Part shown: positions 48,595-58,418 of the stretch, in pieces
How the letters are laid out: every line of letters begins with the position of its first letter
How positions within the stretch are numbered: position 1 is the first letter of the stretch
Source of the DNA: a virus
Virus record (IMG/VR): IMGVR_UViG_3300042892_004016
Span: 1 to 64,000 of that record
Direction: 5' to 3' (one strand)
DNA length: 64,000 nt
The notes under the pieces: generated by a model
Database searches by the model: none
Told to the model about the DNA's origin: nothing
What the model saw: only the letters and a program-made list of their open reading frames with translations
Made by a program: the position numbers and the translations under genes

Positions 48595-49608
48595 ATGAAC
48601 CTATTTAAAAAAGCAGCAATTTTCACAGATATACATTATGGACTTAAGAGCAACAGTTTACAGCATAATACCGATTGCGAGAATTTTGTAGATTGGTTTA
48701 TAGCTCATGCAAAACGTGAGGGATGTGAAACTTGTTTGTTTTTGGGTGACTTCAATCATCATCGTGCCAGTATCAATATTCAAACTCTGCAGTTTGGGTT
48801 GCGTGCCTTAGAAAAACTAAGTGCAAACTTTGATACTGTGTACTTTATTCCAGGCAATCATGATTTATATTATCGTGATCGCAGAGACATTCACTCAGTT
48901 GAGTGGGCCAAGCATTTGCCAAATGTAGTTATTGTCAATGACTGGTTCACTCAGGGTGATGTTACTATTGCTCCCTGGTTAGTTCAAGACGATCATAAAA
49001 AATTACCCAAGCTAAGTGGCAAGTATCTGTTTGGTCACTTTGAGTTGCCCAACTTCTACATGAACGCCAAAGTTCTGATGCCTGACCACGGTGAGATCAG
49101 AGATGAGCACATGAGTGGTTTTGAAATGGCCTTCAGTGGACATTTTCATCATCGCCAAGCCAGAAAAAACATCTGGTACATTGGCAATGCCTTCCCACAC
49201 AACTATGCTGATGCAGGCGACGATGCTCGTGGCATGATGATATTGGATTGGGGACAAGAGCCTGAGTTTCACAGCTGGCCCAATCAACCACTGTTTCGTG
49301 TACACAAACTCAGCGATGTGCTGGAAAATCCTGAGGGATTGTTGTTGCCCAACAGTCATGTTAGAGTACACTTGGATATTGATATCAGCTACGAAGAAGC
49401 AAACTTTATACGAGAAACTCTGATTCCAAAACATAATTTACGTGAAATGGCATTGATTCCCATGAAACTGGATCAACTTGAAGCAGGAAACGACATTGCT
49501 GGATTGAGATTTGAGGGAGTTGATCAGATCGTTACTGAAAGCATTAACGCTATTGAAAGTGATAGCTTTGACAAAAAAATACTGCTGGATATCTATAATA
49601 ACCTATGA
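48595..49608 (+). CDS. Recombination endonuclease subunit, gp47/Mre11/SbcD-like
   Basis: TDIHYG, LGD, GNHD, GHFE and SGHFH metallophosphoesterase motifs. Confidence 0.92.
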   Translation: MNLFKKAAIFTDIHYGLKSNSLQHNTDCENFVDWFIAHAKREGCETCLFLGDFNHHRASINIQTLQFGLRALEKLSANFDTVYFIPGNHDLYYRDRRDIHSVEWAKHLPNVVIVNDWFTQGDVTIAPWLVQDDHKKLPKLSGKYLFGHFELPNFYMNAKVLMPDHGEIRDEHMSGFEMAFSGHFHHRQARKNIWYIGNAFPHNYADAGDDARGMMILDWGQEPEFHSWPNQPLFRVHKLSDVLENPEGLLLPNSHVRVHLDIDISYEEANFIRETLIPKHNLREMALIPMKLDQLEAGNDIAGLRFEGVDQIVTESINAIESDSFDKKILLDIYNNL

Positions 49609-51371
49609 GCCTAACACTCAAGAACATAACACTTAAAAACTTTTTAAGCATTGGAGCTGTGTGCCAAGCAGTTAACTTTGATCAACAAGAACTGACCTTG
49701 ATTCTGGGTGAGAACCTTGACTTGGGTGGTGACGGTGCTCGCAATGGCACAGGCAAAACCAGTTTGATTCAGGCATTGAGCTATGCACTGTTTGGCATAC
49801 CAATCAACAATATTAAAAAAGACAATTTAGTAAACAGAACCAATGGTAAGAACATGGTGGTGACACTGGAGTTCAATATCAGTGGCGTTGAATACAAGAT
49901 TGTGCGCGGTCGCAAGCCCAATATTCTACAGTTCTTTATCAATGACCTAGAGCATTTGTCGCAGGACTCTGCTCAGGGTGACAGTAGAGAAACTCAAGTG
50001 GAGATTGAGCGAGTTATCAACATGAGTTCCGATATGTTCAAGCACATTGTTGCACTGAACACATACAGCGAACCGTTTCTGGCCATGCGGGCCAATGATC
50101 AACGTAACATCATTGAACAACTGTTGGGCATCACACTGTTGAGTGAGAAGGCCGAAACTATCAAGAACCTGATCAAAGAATCCAAAGACAACATACAACA
50201 AGAAGAATACAAGGTCAGAGCAATTGAAGAAGCCAACAAAAGAATCATTGAACAAATTGAGGGACTGGCCAGAAGACAGAGACTGTGGGTAACACGACAT
50301 CAAGAAGATGTGGTTGGCCTGCAGTCTGCCATTGATGAACTGTTAAAGATAGATATCACCAGTGAGATTCAAGCACATGCTGCACTGGATGTGTACAATC
50401 AGCGGGCTAAAGATATCAAGGACGTAAATGCGCTCAAGGTCAGAGCAGAACTGGACTTGACCAAAGAGTCTAAGACTCTGGACAAGTTAAAATCTGAAGT
50501 TACTTCATTGCAGAAACATGAATGCTATGCCTGTGGTCAAGATTTGCATGACGAAAAGCATGAACAGGTGTTGGCTGCTAAACAAAGGGCACTAGAAGAG
50601 GCTGCTCAGCAAGTGGTGACTACCAGTGGACAATTGGTAGAATTAACTCAGGCACTGGATGAATTGGGCGTGTTGGGCCTGGCTCCAGTGGTATTTTACG
50701 ATGACAAAGAAGATGCTATTCAACATCGCAGCAGTATTCAGAATCTTCAAGATCGTCTGGCCGCCAAAGTGGCAGAAACTGATCCATACAGCGAACAGAT
50801 TTCAGATATGGAAAACCAAGCACTACAGGCCATTGACTTTGACAAGATCAATCAGATAACCAAAACAATGGAACATCAGAAGTTCTTGTTAGATTTGTTA
50901 ACCAGCAAAGATTCGTTTGTTCGTAAAAAGATCATTGATCAAAATCTGTCTTTCTTGAATTCCAGACTCACACACTATCTGGATCGTATTGGCCTGCCTC
51001 ACCAAGTGGTTTTCTTAAATGACTTGTCAGTTGAGATTACTGAACTGGGTCGTAGTTTAGACTTTGGTAACTTGAGCCGCGGCGAGGCCAACAGACTGAT
51101 CTTGGGATTGAGTTTTGCATTCCGTGATGTGTGGGAGAATCTGTACAGTCCCATTAACACACTGTTCATTGATGAATTGATTGACAGTGGACTAGACTCC
51201 ATGGGAGTTGAAAACAGCCTAGCAGTATTGAAGTCCATGTCCAGAACCAGAAACAAATCCATATGGTTGGTCAGTCACCGTGAAGAACTTGCAGGCCGAG
51301 TTCACAGCGTATTGCGAGTAACCAAAGAAAATGGATTCACAACATACAGTACCAGTACCGAAATGGAGTAA
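49605..51371 (+). CDS. Recombination ATPase subunit, gp46/Rad50/SbcC-like
   Basis: KNFLSIG, Walker A NGTGKT, CYAC zinc hook, LSRGE signature, FIDE Walker B and SH switch. Confidence 0.93.
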   Translation: MSLTLKNITLKNFLSIGAVCQAVNFDQQELTLILGENLDLGGDGARNGTGKTSLIQALSYALFGIPINNIKKDNLVNRTNGKNMVVTLEFNISGVEYKIVRGRKPNILQFFINDLEHLSQDSAQGDSRETQVEIERVINMSSDMFKHIVALNTYSEPFLAMRANDQRNIIEQLLGITLLSEKAETIKNLIKESKDNIQQEEYKVRAIEEANKRIIEQIEGLARRQRLWVTRHQEDVVGLQSAIDELLKIDITSEIQAHAALDVYNQRAKDIKDVNALKVRAELDLTKESKTLDKLKSEVTSLQKHECYACGQDLHDEKHEQVLAAKQRALEEAAQQVVTTSGQLVELTQALDELGVLGLAPVVFYDDKEDAIQHRSSIQNLQDRLAAKVAETDPYSEQISDMENQALQAIDFDKINQITKTMEHQKFLLDLLTSKDSFVRKKIIDQNLSFLNSRLTHYLDRIGLPHQVVFLNDLSVEITELGRSLDFGNLSRGEANRLILGLSFAFRDVWENLYSPINTLFIDELIDSGLDSMGVENSLAVLKSMSRTRNKSIWLVSHREELAGRVHSVLRVTKENGFTTYSTSTEME

Positions 51372-51428
51372 AATATGCTGCTATTCCAAATAAAATTTCA
51401 ATAGCGCATAAGTAAGATAAGTATAAAC

Positions 51429-51986
51429 ATGAGTTCACCGAGCAAAAATAAAGGATCAGGATTTGAGCGAGAAATCGCCAAGTTCTTGTCTGAATCATAC
51501 AGCGAAAGTTTCATCAGAGCACCGGGATCTGGAGCGTATGTGGGAGGTAAGAATCAAAGCCGCACTGAAGTTTTGCATGCTGGTCAGATTCGCAGTTTCA
51601 AAGGGGACATCGTTCCCGGAGAAAGCTTTCCCAAATTCAATGCTGAATGCAAGTTCTACGGTGATTTCACATTCCACTTATTACTCAACGGAGAACATAA
51701 GGTTTTAGATAGTTGGATAGAGCAACTGCTAGCAGTGGCTGATCCAGGTGATCTAAATATACTTTTTATGAAATTTAACAGGAAAGGTCGTTATGTACTT
51801 GTACAGTGCGAGCTTACTTGGATCACTGATAATTTCTTCTTTTACGGAAGTAAAAAACACGGTGATTGGTACCTTATGGAATTTGATAGTTTTTTCAAGC
51901 ACAACACAGATTTAGTTAAATTATACTCCGGCTCACCAGACACCACGTCAATTCACAGCAGTACACCCAACACAGAAGTAGTTTAA
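51429..51986 (+). CDS. Holliday-junction resolvase-like PD-(D/E)XK nuclease
   Basis: SKNKGSGFEREIA, R.PGSGA, GDI and ECK motifs. Confidence 0.8.
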   Translation: MSSPSKNKGSGFEREIAKFLSESYSESFIRAPGSGAYVGGKNQSRTEVLHAGQIRSFKGDIVPGESFPKFNAECKFYGDFTFHLLLNGEHKVLDSWIEQLLAVADPGDLNILFMKFNRKGRYVLVQCELTWITDNFFFYGSKKHGDWYLMEFDSFFKHNTDLVKLYSGSPDTTSIHSSTPNTEVV

Positions 51987-52009
51987 ACACAACAGCAGTA
52001 AAAAAATTA

Positions 52010-52480
52010 GTTTGATCGAGGTTCCTCGATCCTCCTTGAGTCAGCCGGGGTAAGGCCCGTAGCCGATGGATCTGGAGTATGCCCAAGAGTGATCTTGGGG
52101 AATACCGAGAGGGCAATCAATATAGGGAACCCTCAATGAGTTTATAGTACACTTTGTCTTGAAACTATAAAACATGCGTCGCGGAAGAATTGTGTTAGGC
52201 ACAATAGCTTCACTACAGTCCCATCAAACTTTACAGAGCGACCGGTGGCGAATAATAGCAGAAAAGAGCTGATTATTCGGGGAACAGACAACAAAGGATG
52301 ATGGTCATGGCATGTTTATGATTTTTCCATTGGTAGTGCTTAATAGCACTACCATGGCTTCTAATCGGCATGTGAGTCTTAATACTAATAAGATACCAGT
52401 AAATTAATCCCGAACATATGAGTGAGTGAAACGAACGAATAGAGAAGGGATTAGATGAGCGTTAGCTCATCTCTAGAGTA
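52010..52480. ncRNA. Hairpin-rich non-coding region (structured RNA or replication origin candidate)
   Basis: About 500 nt without a credible ORF in an otherwise gene-dense genome; at least five perfect or near-perfect stems. Confidence 0.4.
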
Positions 52481-52519
52481 GTAAATGATATAACCCATTA
52501 GCATATGGTGTGCTATGGC

Positions 52520-52696
52520 TTAGAAGAATGGCATCTGTGATTTCTTGGTAGTCTCTAAGTTTTCTTCAATAATCTCATTAAGTGATACCAGTTCGTCAGG
52601 ACTCATGTTCAACACATCAGTATAAGATACTGACCCGCGCATGTACCAGGCTATTCTTTGTGCGTTCTTTTTGATAGCCTTTACGTCTTTCTCCAT
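52520..52696 (-). CDS. gp51-like baseplate hub assembly chaperone (58 aa from ATG; frame open up to the slippery site at 52756)
   Basis: Manual translation MEKDVKAIKKNAQRIAWYMRGSVSYTDVLNMSPDELVSLNEIIEENLETTKKSQMPFF; directly downstream of the gp26-like gene. Confidence 0.7.
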   Translation of the reverse strand: MEKDVKAIKKNAQRIAWYMRGSVSYTDVLNMSPDELVSLNEIIEENLETTKKSQMPFF

Positions 52697-52743
52697 ATTT
52701 TCAACCAGCTTCGTTATACCCGGGGAGTCTAGGTATAGAAGCT

Positions 52744-53574
52744 TTAGCCGAAAAAATCGCTTACATTCAACGTGAATGGTTGATCATATTCATGTTGACA
52801 ACTGTTACATGCGATATGCAACGGCTTGGTCTGCGTAGTCTCTCTTAGTGCCACACTGCGATCTTTGATCATATCAAACGTGTTCTTGTCAGTGTTGTAC
52901 AAGAAATCCAGTATGTATGGCTTTTCAGTAACCACTAGTTCTGGTGTGGCAATGTATTCAATGGTATTGGCCAGTACTTCTACCGTGGAATCAGATATGA
53001 TCTTCAGTGCTTCACTTGTTCTTTTTTCTTTATCTGCTCCTTCTTCCATGGCGCTGATACTGTAGAACAGCTTTTGCATCTCAAACTGCTTGATGGTACT
53101 GGCAGTGAGTTCTTTGAATGACAGTGATTTGAACTTGATTTTGAGATCGTTGATATGCAGTGGAATCTCATAATCACCGGGTACAAAGTTGTTGAGTACA
53201 ATACTCAAACTAACGCCATATTGTGCTGTTTCGCTGCAGCTGGGGCAAGTGACTTCCATTTCCATTTCATTGCCGTTTGTTGCAATTTTGATAGCCACCA
53301 GTATGGCATCCAGATCAGTGCTGCTGATTGCCCAGGCATCGTGTATGCAGGGTACGCAACTGCGTATGATGTCTACAACTGCGCTGCCGTTGTACAGTGC
53401 GTCTGGGGTTTTGCTGGTAATCTCATCAATTGCCGTCATGGGATAGACTGGAATTTCTCCGGTTTCGGGCATAGAAATAGTGGCTGCAGTGTAGCCCAAG
53501 CCCCTGCTGGGCAATTTCAAATAGATGCCGGGTCTGCGAAAATACTGTTTTAGTGGGTTATGATCTATGCTCAT
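52744..53574 (-). CDS. Baseplate hub assembly protein, gp26-like
   Basis: NPL..YFRRP.IY.KLPS.G, PMTA.DEI..KTPDAL.NG, DLD.IL.AI.IAT.G, two CxxC pairs and a C-terminal DFF. Confidence 0.8.
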   Translation of the reverse strand: MSIDHNPLKQYFRRPGIYLKLPSRGLGYTAATISMPETGEIPVYPMTAIDEITSKTPDALYNGSAVVDIIRSCVPCIHDAWAISSTDLDAILVAIKIATNGNEMEMEVTCPSCSETAQYGVSLSIVLNNFVPGDYEIPLHINDLKIKFKSLSFKELTASTIKQFEMQKLFYSISAMEEGADKEKRTSEALKIISDSTVEVLANTIEYIATPELVVTEKPYILDFLYNTDKNTFDMIKDRSVALRETTQTKPLHIACNSCQHEYDQPFTLNVSDFFG

Positions 53575-53654
53575 TGATTTCTCCTAATATGGGCTGGTTG
53601 ACAGACTAAATATACTGAGAAGTATTTAGTGGGTAAAAGCAACCGGATAATATA

Positions 53655-55898
53655 ATGGCAGATCAAAGAGAAATACTAGAAGAATTGAACCGTGCAGCCC
53701 GTAGTTTGAGCGATGCCAGTGCGCAGCTGGATCAAAGCAATAGGGCGGCCTCAGTGACTGTCAATCAGGCCGTTAACAGCCTGCAGCTAATGGGATCAGG
53801 TGCAATAGAGTTTTCCCGATCACTGACCAATGGACAAGAGGGCATGTCAAAATATGGTTCTGCTATTGCTGACGCGGCCAGCGGTCTGGGCGGACTGGCG
53901 CAGTTGGCTGGTGGTCCATTTACGTTTGTGCTGGGCGGGCTGATAAAAATAGTGGGCGCAGTGGTGGGTTCAGTGCTGAAAAGCAATGACACCATAATAT
54001 CAGGCTATGACAAGCTGGCTGATGTGGGCGGAGCTGCCGCATTCAGTACTGATAGCTTGATGGCAGCGGCCGGCGCTGCAGATTTTCCCGTCGCAAACGG
54101 TTCCTTTACTAAATTAGTTGACACCATGAGTAAAATGGGCGGAGACCTAATGGGTCTGGGCTCCACCGCTGGTGAAGGCATGAAAAACTTCCTAAAGATA
54201 TCCACTGTGGGGGCTGATGTAAGGCATCAGTTTAACAGATTGGGTATCAGCCAGGAAAAACTCACTCAGGTTCAGGCTCAATATGTGTCTACTCAGTTGA
54301 AGATTGGTGGATTACAGAACAAAGAAACAGACCAATTACGTAAAGAATCATTAGAATACGCCACAGAGCTGATTGAACTGTCTGCAGTAACTGGTCAAAG
54401 TGTAGATCAGATTGCAAAAAATCGGGATGAGGATGCGAAAAATTTAGCTTGGCAATTAAAGTCACGTGAGATACTGGCGCAGGCAAATGGCGAGGCCATT
54501 ATGAAGCGGCTGAATGCTGGGCTTGAGTTATCCAGCAAATATGGCGCAGAGCAACGTTCGGGTATACGCGATGCTATGTCAAGGGATGCCCTGATTACAC
54601 CCGAAGCAATAAGTTTGGGTAATCAATTTGCTCTTGCTGGTGACGATTTGTTGCAGGCAATTGCTGATCTCAAAGCTGATAGAATTACTGCGACTGATTT
54701 TGACCTGCGCATGAAGGTCGCCATAAACAAAGTTGCAGACCAATATGGCCGAACTTTTATGCTGGCTGGAAACGATACTGCAAAACAAACGGCTATAACT
54801 TCAGACAGCCTAACAGGCGCCGCCAAACAGATAGCCAAGGGCAGTCTTGATCAAGCTGCACTTGACGTAGCTGCGGGTAAAGTACGCGCTGACTCTGCAA
54901 AACAAGCCCAAGATGCATTAAAGGATACCAGCCTGGCACTGGCAGAAGCTTTTGACAAGTTTATATCATTGATATCAGGCGCAGTTAACAGAGGATTTGA
55001 GGCCTTGATGTATGCGTTTAAGGCCTTGACCAAGGGTATTTTTAAATTTTTAACCAGTCATGCCTCATTATTTGGAGCCGAGGACATGGATCAGTCGCTT
55101 CCCTACATGTTTGACAGCATTGAAGATTTGGTCAAGATGCAACAAGCTTCAGTTGCTGCCCTGGCTGAAGTGGAAGGAAAAAAACTGTGGGTGCTGAAGC
55201 AAAAAGGACCGAAGCCGAATATAGCTGAGGGCTTGATAGCAACAGCCAGGATGAATCTGATTGAGGGAGAAGAAAAAAAAGTCAAGGCTCAGAAGGCTGG
55301 GGTTACGTTGGCGTTGCAGCAATTGTTGGGCACAAAGGATGTAGACAAAGCACTCAAAGAAAAAGAAGCGGCAGCGGCAGTTGAGCGCAAAAAACAAGAG
55401 ATAAAGGACGCAGCAGCAAAGGTCAGCGCACCCGTAGCAGCTATTAGCGCTAATGTTGAGGCACCAGCTGCTGCTGCAGCACCAAAAACTATTTCAATCG
55501 GCGCTGGCACGGTTGCTCCTCCAACTGAAAAATTTGATAAGGGCGGCGTAGCCAAGCACCCAATGATGTCATTGGGTGCCAGTCCCAATAGTGGACCCAT
55601 AGATATCTCATTACCTGGCGGTAGAGATATTCCCACTACCCTGGAGATGCCGGCAAACCTAACCAGCCAGCGAGATAGTCTATTAACTCAAACTGAAAGC
55701 ATAGACAGAATCTTATCTGGATATACGTCCAATCTTACTGCTGCAGTGGGTAATACTCCTACCACCGCACCAGCATCGACCAGGTCGTTCAATAATGATA
55801 TGATAGTAGCACTATCATACAAACTGGATGAGTTGTTGAATAAAATGAAAGACAATACCAGTTTGCAGAGCGAATTACTAGCACTTTCAAAAAGATAA
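53655..55898 (+). CDS. Tape-measure-like protein 1
   Basis: Ala/Gly-rich and helical; paralogous to the next gene; adjacent to the chaperone pair. Confidence 0.65.
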   Translation: MADQREILEELNRAARSLSDASAQLDQSNRAASVTVNQAVNSLQLMGSGAIEFSRSLTNGQEGMSKYGSAIADAASGLGGLAQLAGGPFTFVLGGLIKIVGAVVGSVLKSNDTIISGYDKLADVGGAAAFSTDSLMAAAGAADFPVANGSFTKLVDTMSKMGGDLMGLGSTAGEGMKNFLKISTVGADVRHQFNRLGISQEKLTQVQAQYVSTQLKIGGLQNKETDQLRKESLEYATELIELSAVTGQSVDQIAKNRDEDAKNLAWQLKSREILAQANGEAIMKRLNAGLELSSKYGAEQRSGIRDAMSRDALITPEAISLGNQFALAGDDLLQAIADLKADRITATDFDLRMKVAINKVADQYGRTFMLAGNDTAKQTAITSDSLTGAAKQIAKGSLDQAALDVAAGKVRADSAKQAQDALKDTSLALAEAFDKFISLISGAVNRGFEALMYAFKALTKGIFKFLTSHASLFGAEDMDQSLPYMFDSIEDLVKMQQASVAALAEVEGKKLWVLKQKGPKPNIAEGLIATARMNLIEGEEKKVKAQKAGVTLALQQLLGTKDVDKALKEKEAAAAVERKKQEIKDAAAKVSAPVAAISANVEAPAAAAAPKTISIGAGTVAPPTEKFDKGGVAKHPMMSLGASPNSGPIDISLPGGRDIPTTLEMPANLTSQRDSLLTQTESIDRILSGYTSNLTAAVGNTPTTAPASTRSFNNDMIVALSYKLDELLNKMKDNTSLQSELLALSKR

Positions 55899-55904
55899 CA
55901 ACCA

Positions 55905-58403
55905 ATGGCCGAAGAACAGAATCCAGCAGAGTACAATGACCTCGTAAGAGACTTTACCAATGCGACCAAGCAATCGGAAGCGTCGGCCAAGCGTGGCAAG
56001 GATACAGTAGACACATTGAAGTTTGCAATTAGAGACTTGGGTAGAGTGGGCAAGACGGCCTTTACTGGTATACTTGATGTCAATGGCAGTTTTAGTTCAA
56101 TGAATAATTCAGTAACCAGCGCGGGCAATATGCTGCGAAGGCTAACTGGTAGCAATTATAAAACCACAACTGCGCTGTCATTGGTAATCACTGGCATTGA
56201 AAAAACAATAAAATCATTGTTTGGATTCAATGATTCGATGATTAAGTTTTATGACGGATTGGGTGAGTACGGTATAACTGTAGGTCACAGTTCGGATCAA
56301 CTGCTGAAATTGGCACACAGTGCTGGGTACTATTTGGAAAAGTCCGAGGCGTTCTCTAAGCTGTTGACTGAAACTGGCGACTCCCTGCTAGCATTGGCAC
56401 CAACTGCCTCCGAGGGAGCGGACAAGTTGGCGCTGATATTTAATAATACTCAGGGTAAAACACAAGAAGAATTTCTCAAGTTGGGCATAGGTCCCGAACA
56501 ACTGAATAAGATGCAGCTTGATTATATCAAATTGCAGTCAGGATATGGCGCCAAGCTTTCAGGAAATGCGGATCAAATCAGAGAAAGATCAGTGCAGTAT
56601 GCACTAAGCATTAACAAGCTGTCCATGTTGACCGGAGCCAGACGAGAAGCGGTGGCACAGACTCTTGCTGCGGCAAATGCAGATACCAAATTTGCACTAA
56701 AAAAACGCATGCTTGAGCAAGAGGGCAACCTACAGGCCATAGATGCGTTCGATCAAACAGGCACTCTGCTCAATATTACTCTGGGTGAAAAACACGCGGC
56801 TGCATTCAGAGACCTAGCTGCCAACCATACTGCTACTACACTAGAAGGCAAAGCATTGCTGTCAAAAACTGGTGGTAGGATAGTGGGTTGGGTTAGGCAG
56901 TTGGAAGCAGGTCAACTGACTGGAATTGATGTTGCCAAACTTATTGCCAAAACGGAATCAGAATATGTCAGGACTAACCAAGAAGCGGTGAGTGCTAGTG
57001 AAGACTTTCGTAACAACATGTTTTTGAATGGTAAAAGCATGACGGCTGATGCAATACTATCGCAAATAAAAACAGAAAAAGATGTAGAAGAAATGATTAA
57101 AAAACGTCAAGCAGGAATAGACGACGCCAAGCGTCTGCAGAACAGTCAATTGAATACGGAGAGAACGGTTAATATAGCTTTGGATAGGTTAAAACTTGCT
57201 GTGTCCGGCCCTGCCAATTCTGTGTTTATTTGGTTGATTAAAAAAATGACACAGTTGGCGACTGGAGTATTAAAACTAGCGCTACAGCTACCAATTGGAG
57301 AAACACTAAAAGAAAATTTGGAAGAATTTCGTAAAATTTTAGGCGGCGATGTCGAAATACAGCAACAGCTTGATGATATTAACAAAGAAGTCAGCAGAAC
57401 CTCAGAGGAAACTGAAGTCTATGCAAGGATCAGCGGCAATCTTGTGGCTGCAGAAAAAGAAAAAGCACTGGCAGAACAACAGAATATACTACTAACAAAA
57501 AGAATACAAGCTGGAGAAACAATTGATCCCAACATATTACGAGAAAATGAACTTAACCTAACCAAAAAACGAGCTGAAGTAGCAGAAATCAAAAAACGCG
57601 AAGCTGATTTGCTTAAAGGTAGAACTGTGGTTCAACTTGAAGCAGAAAAAAAAGAAGCTGAGGCTCGTAGAGAAAGATACAGAGAAACACTACGTCCTCA
57701 TGAGGTAACTGCATATGAGGAAAGACGAGTTCAAGAGGCCAAACAACAGGCCAATAATTACTCTGGTCTTAATATTAAGGGCGCTGAATCTATAGCAGGT
57801 GGGCCAGTGGATCCCAAACTTATAGAATTGGCCAGACGAATACAGGCCGCAATTCCGGGGGTAAAATTTACGGCGTTCAACGACTTAACTCATAAACGTG
57901 GCAAACACGTTACTGGAACTGCTTTGGATTTTACCATGGATCCTCCACCCAAGAATGCAGAAGAAGCCAAACTGATAAAGAAAAAGTTGTATGATTTGGG
58001 ATTTAGTACCGCATTGGACGAGTATTTTACAGAACGGTCACCCGGTGCTACAGGACCCCACTTTCATGCGGCCTTTGCTGAAGGAGGTGTAGCAACCGGT
58101 TCCAAATCAGGATACGAGGTAACACTGCATGGAACTGAAGCTATCATTCCACTGTTGCCCAATAACACAGTACCAATAAAATTAAAAAATAAAGACAAAT
58201 TATCAGATTTTAGCAGCATAACCAATTCAATCAAATCTAAATTAGCTGATGTTATGGCTAACCAGATAAACAGTGCTGCAGGCAATGATGCACTCACTGA
58301 ATTGTTGGTTAACATGATTAGAGGCAAATTCGTTGCCATGATATCACAAGTAGAAATGAGCAATTCGGTACAGAGTGAGCTAAAAATGTACCTACGTAAC
58401 TAA
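55905..58403 (+). CDS. Tape-measure-like protein 2 with C-terminal Zn-peptidase (M15/LAS-like) domain
   Basis: Long helical body; H(VTGTAL)D ... HFH zinc-ligand pattern; FAEGG...GYEVTLHGTEAIIPL motif. Confidence 0.7.
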   Translation: MAEEQNPAEYNDLVRDFTNATKQSEASAKRGKDTVDTLKFAIRDLGRVGKTAFTGILDVNGSFSSMNNSVTSAGNMLRRLTGSNYKTTTALSLVITGIEKTIKSLFGFNDSMIKFYDGLGEYGITVGHSSDQLLKLAHSAGYYLEKSEAFSKLLTETGDSLLALAPTASEGADKLALIFNNTQGKTQEEFLKLGIGPEQLNKMQLDYIKLQSGYGAKLSGNADQIRERSVQYALSINKLSMLTGARREAVAQTLAAANADTKFALKKRMLEQEGNLQAIDAFDQTGTLLNITLGEKHAAAFRDLAANHTATTLEGKALLSKTGGRIVGWVRQLEAGQLTGIDVAKLIAKTESEYVRTNQEAVSASEDFRNNMFLNGKSMTADAILSQIKTEKDVEEMIKKRQAGIDDAKRLQNSQLNTERTVNIALDRLKLAVSGPANSVFIWLIKKMTQLATGVLKLALQLPIGETLKENLEEFRKILGGDVEIQQQLDDINKEVSRTSEETEVYARISGNLVAAEKEKALAEQQNILLTKRIQAGETIDPNILRENELNLTKKRAEVAEIKKREADLLKGRTVVQLEAEKKEAEARRERYRETLRPHEVTAYEERRVQEAKQQANNYSGLNIKGAESIAGGPVDPKLIELARRIQAAIPGVKFTAFNDLTHKRGKHVTGTALDFTMDPPPKNAEEAKLIKKKLYDLGFSTALDEYFTERSPGATGPHFHAAFAEGGVATGSKSGYEVTLHGTEAIIPLLPNNTVPIKLKNKDKLSDFSSITNSIKSKLADVMANQINSAAGNDALTELLVNMIRGKFVAMISQVEMSNSVQSELKMYLRN

Positions 58404-58418
58404 AAGCTAAATAATACT

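Noticed and set aside
52010-52480. Group I intron, RNase P RNA or tRNA cluster
   Set aside because: No interrupted gene, no GAGGAAAGTCC-type RNase P signature and no T-loop/CCA motifs were found by eye.
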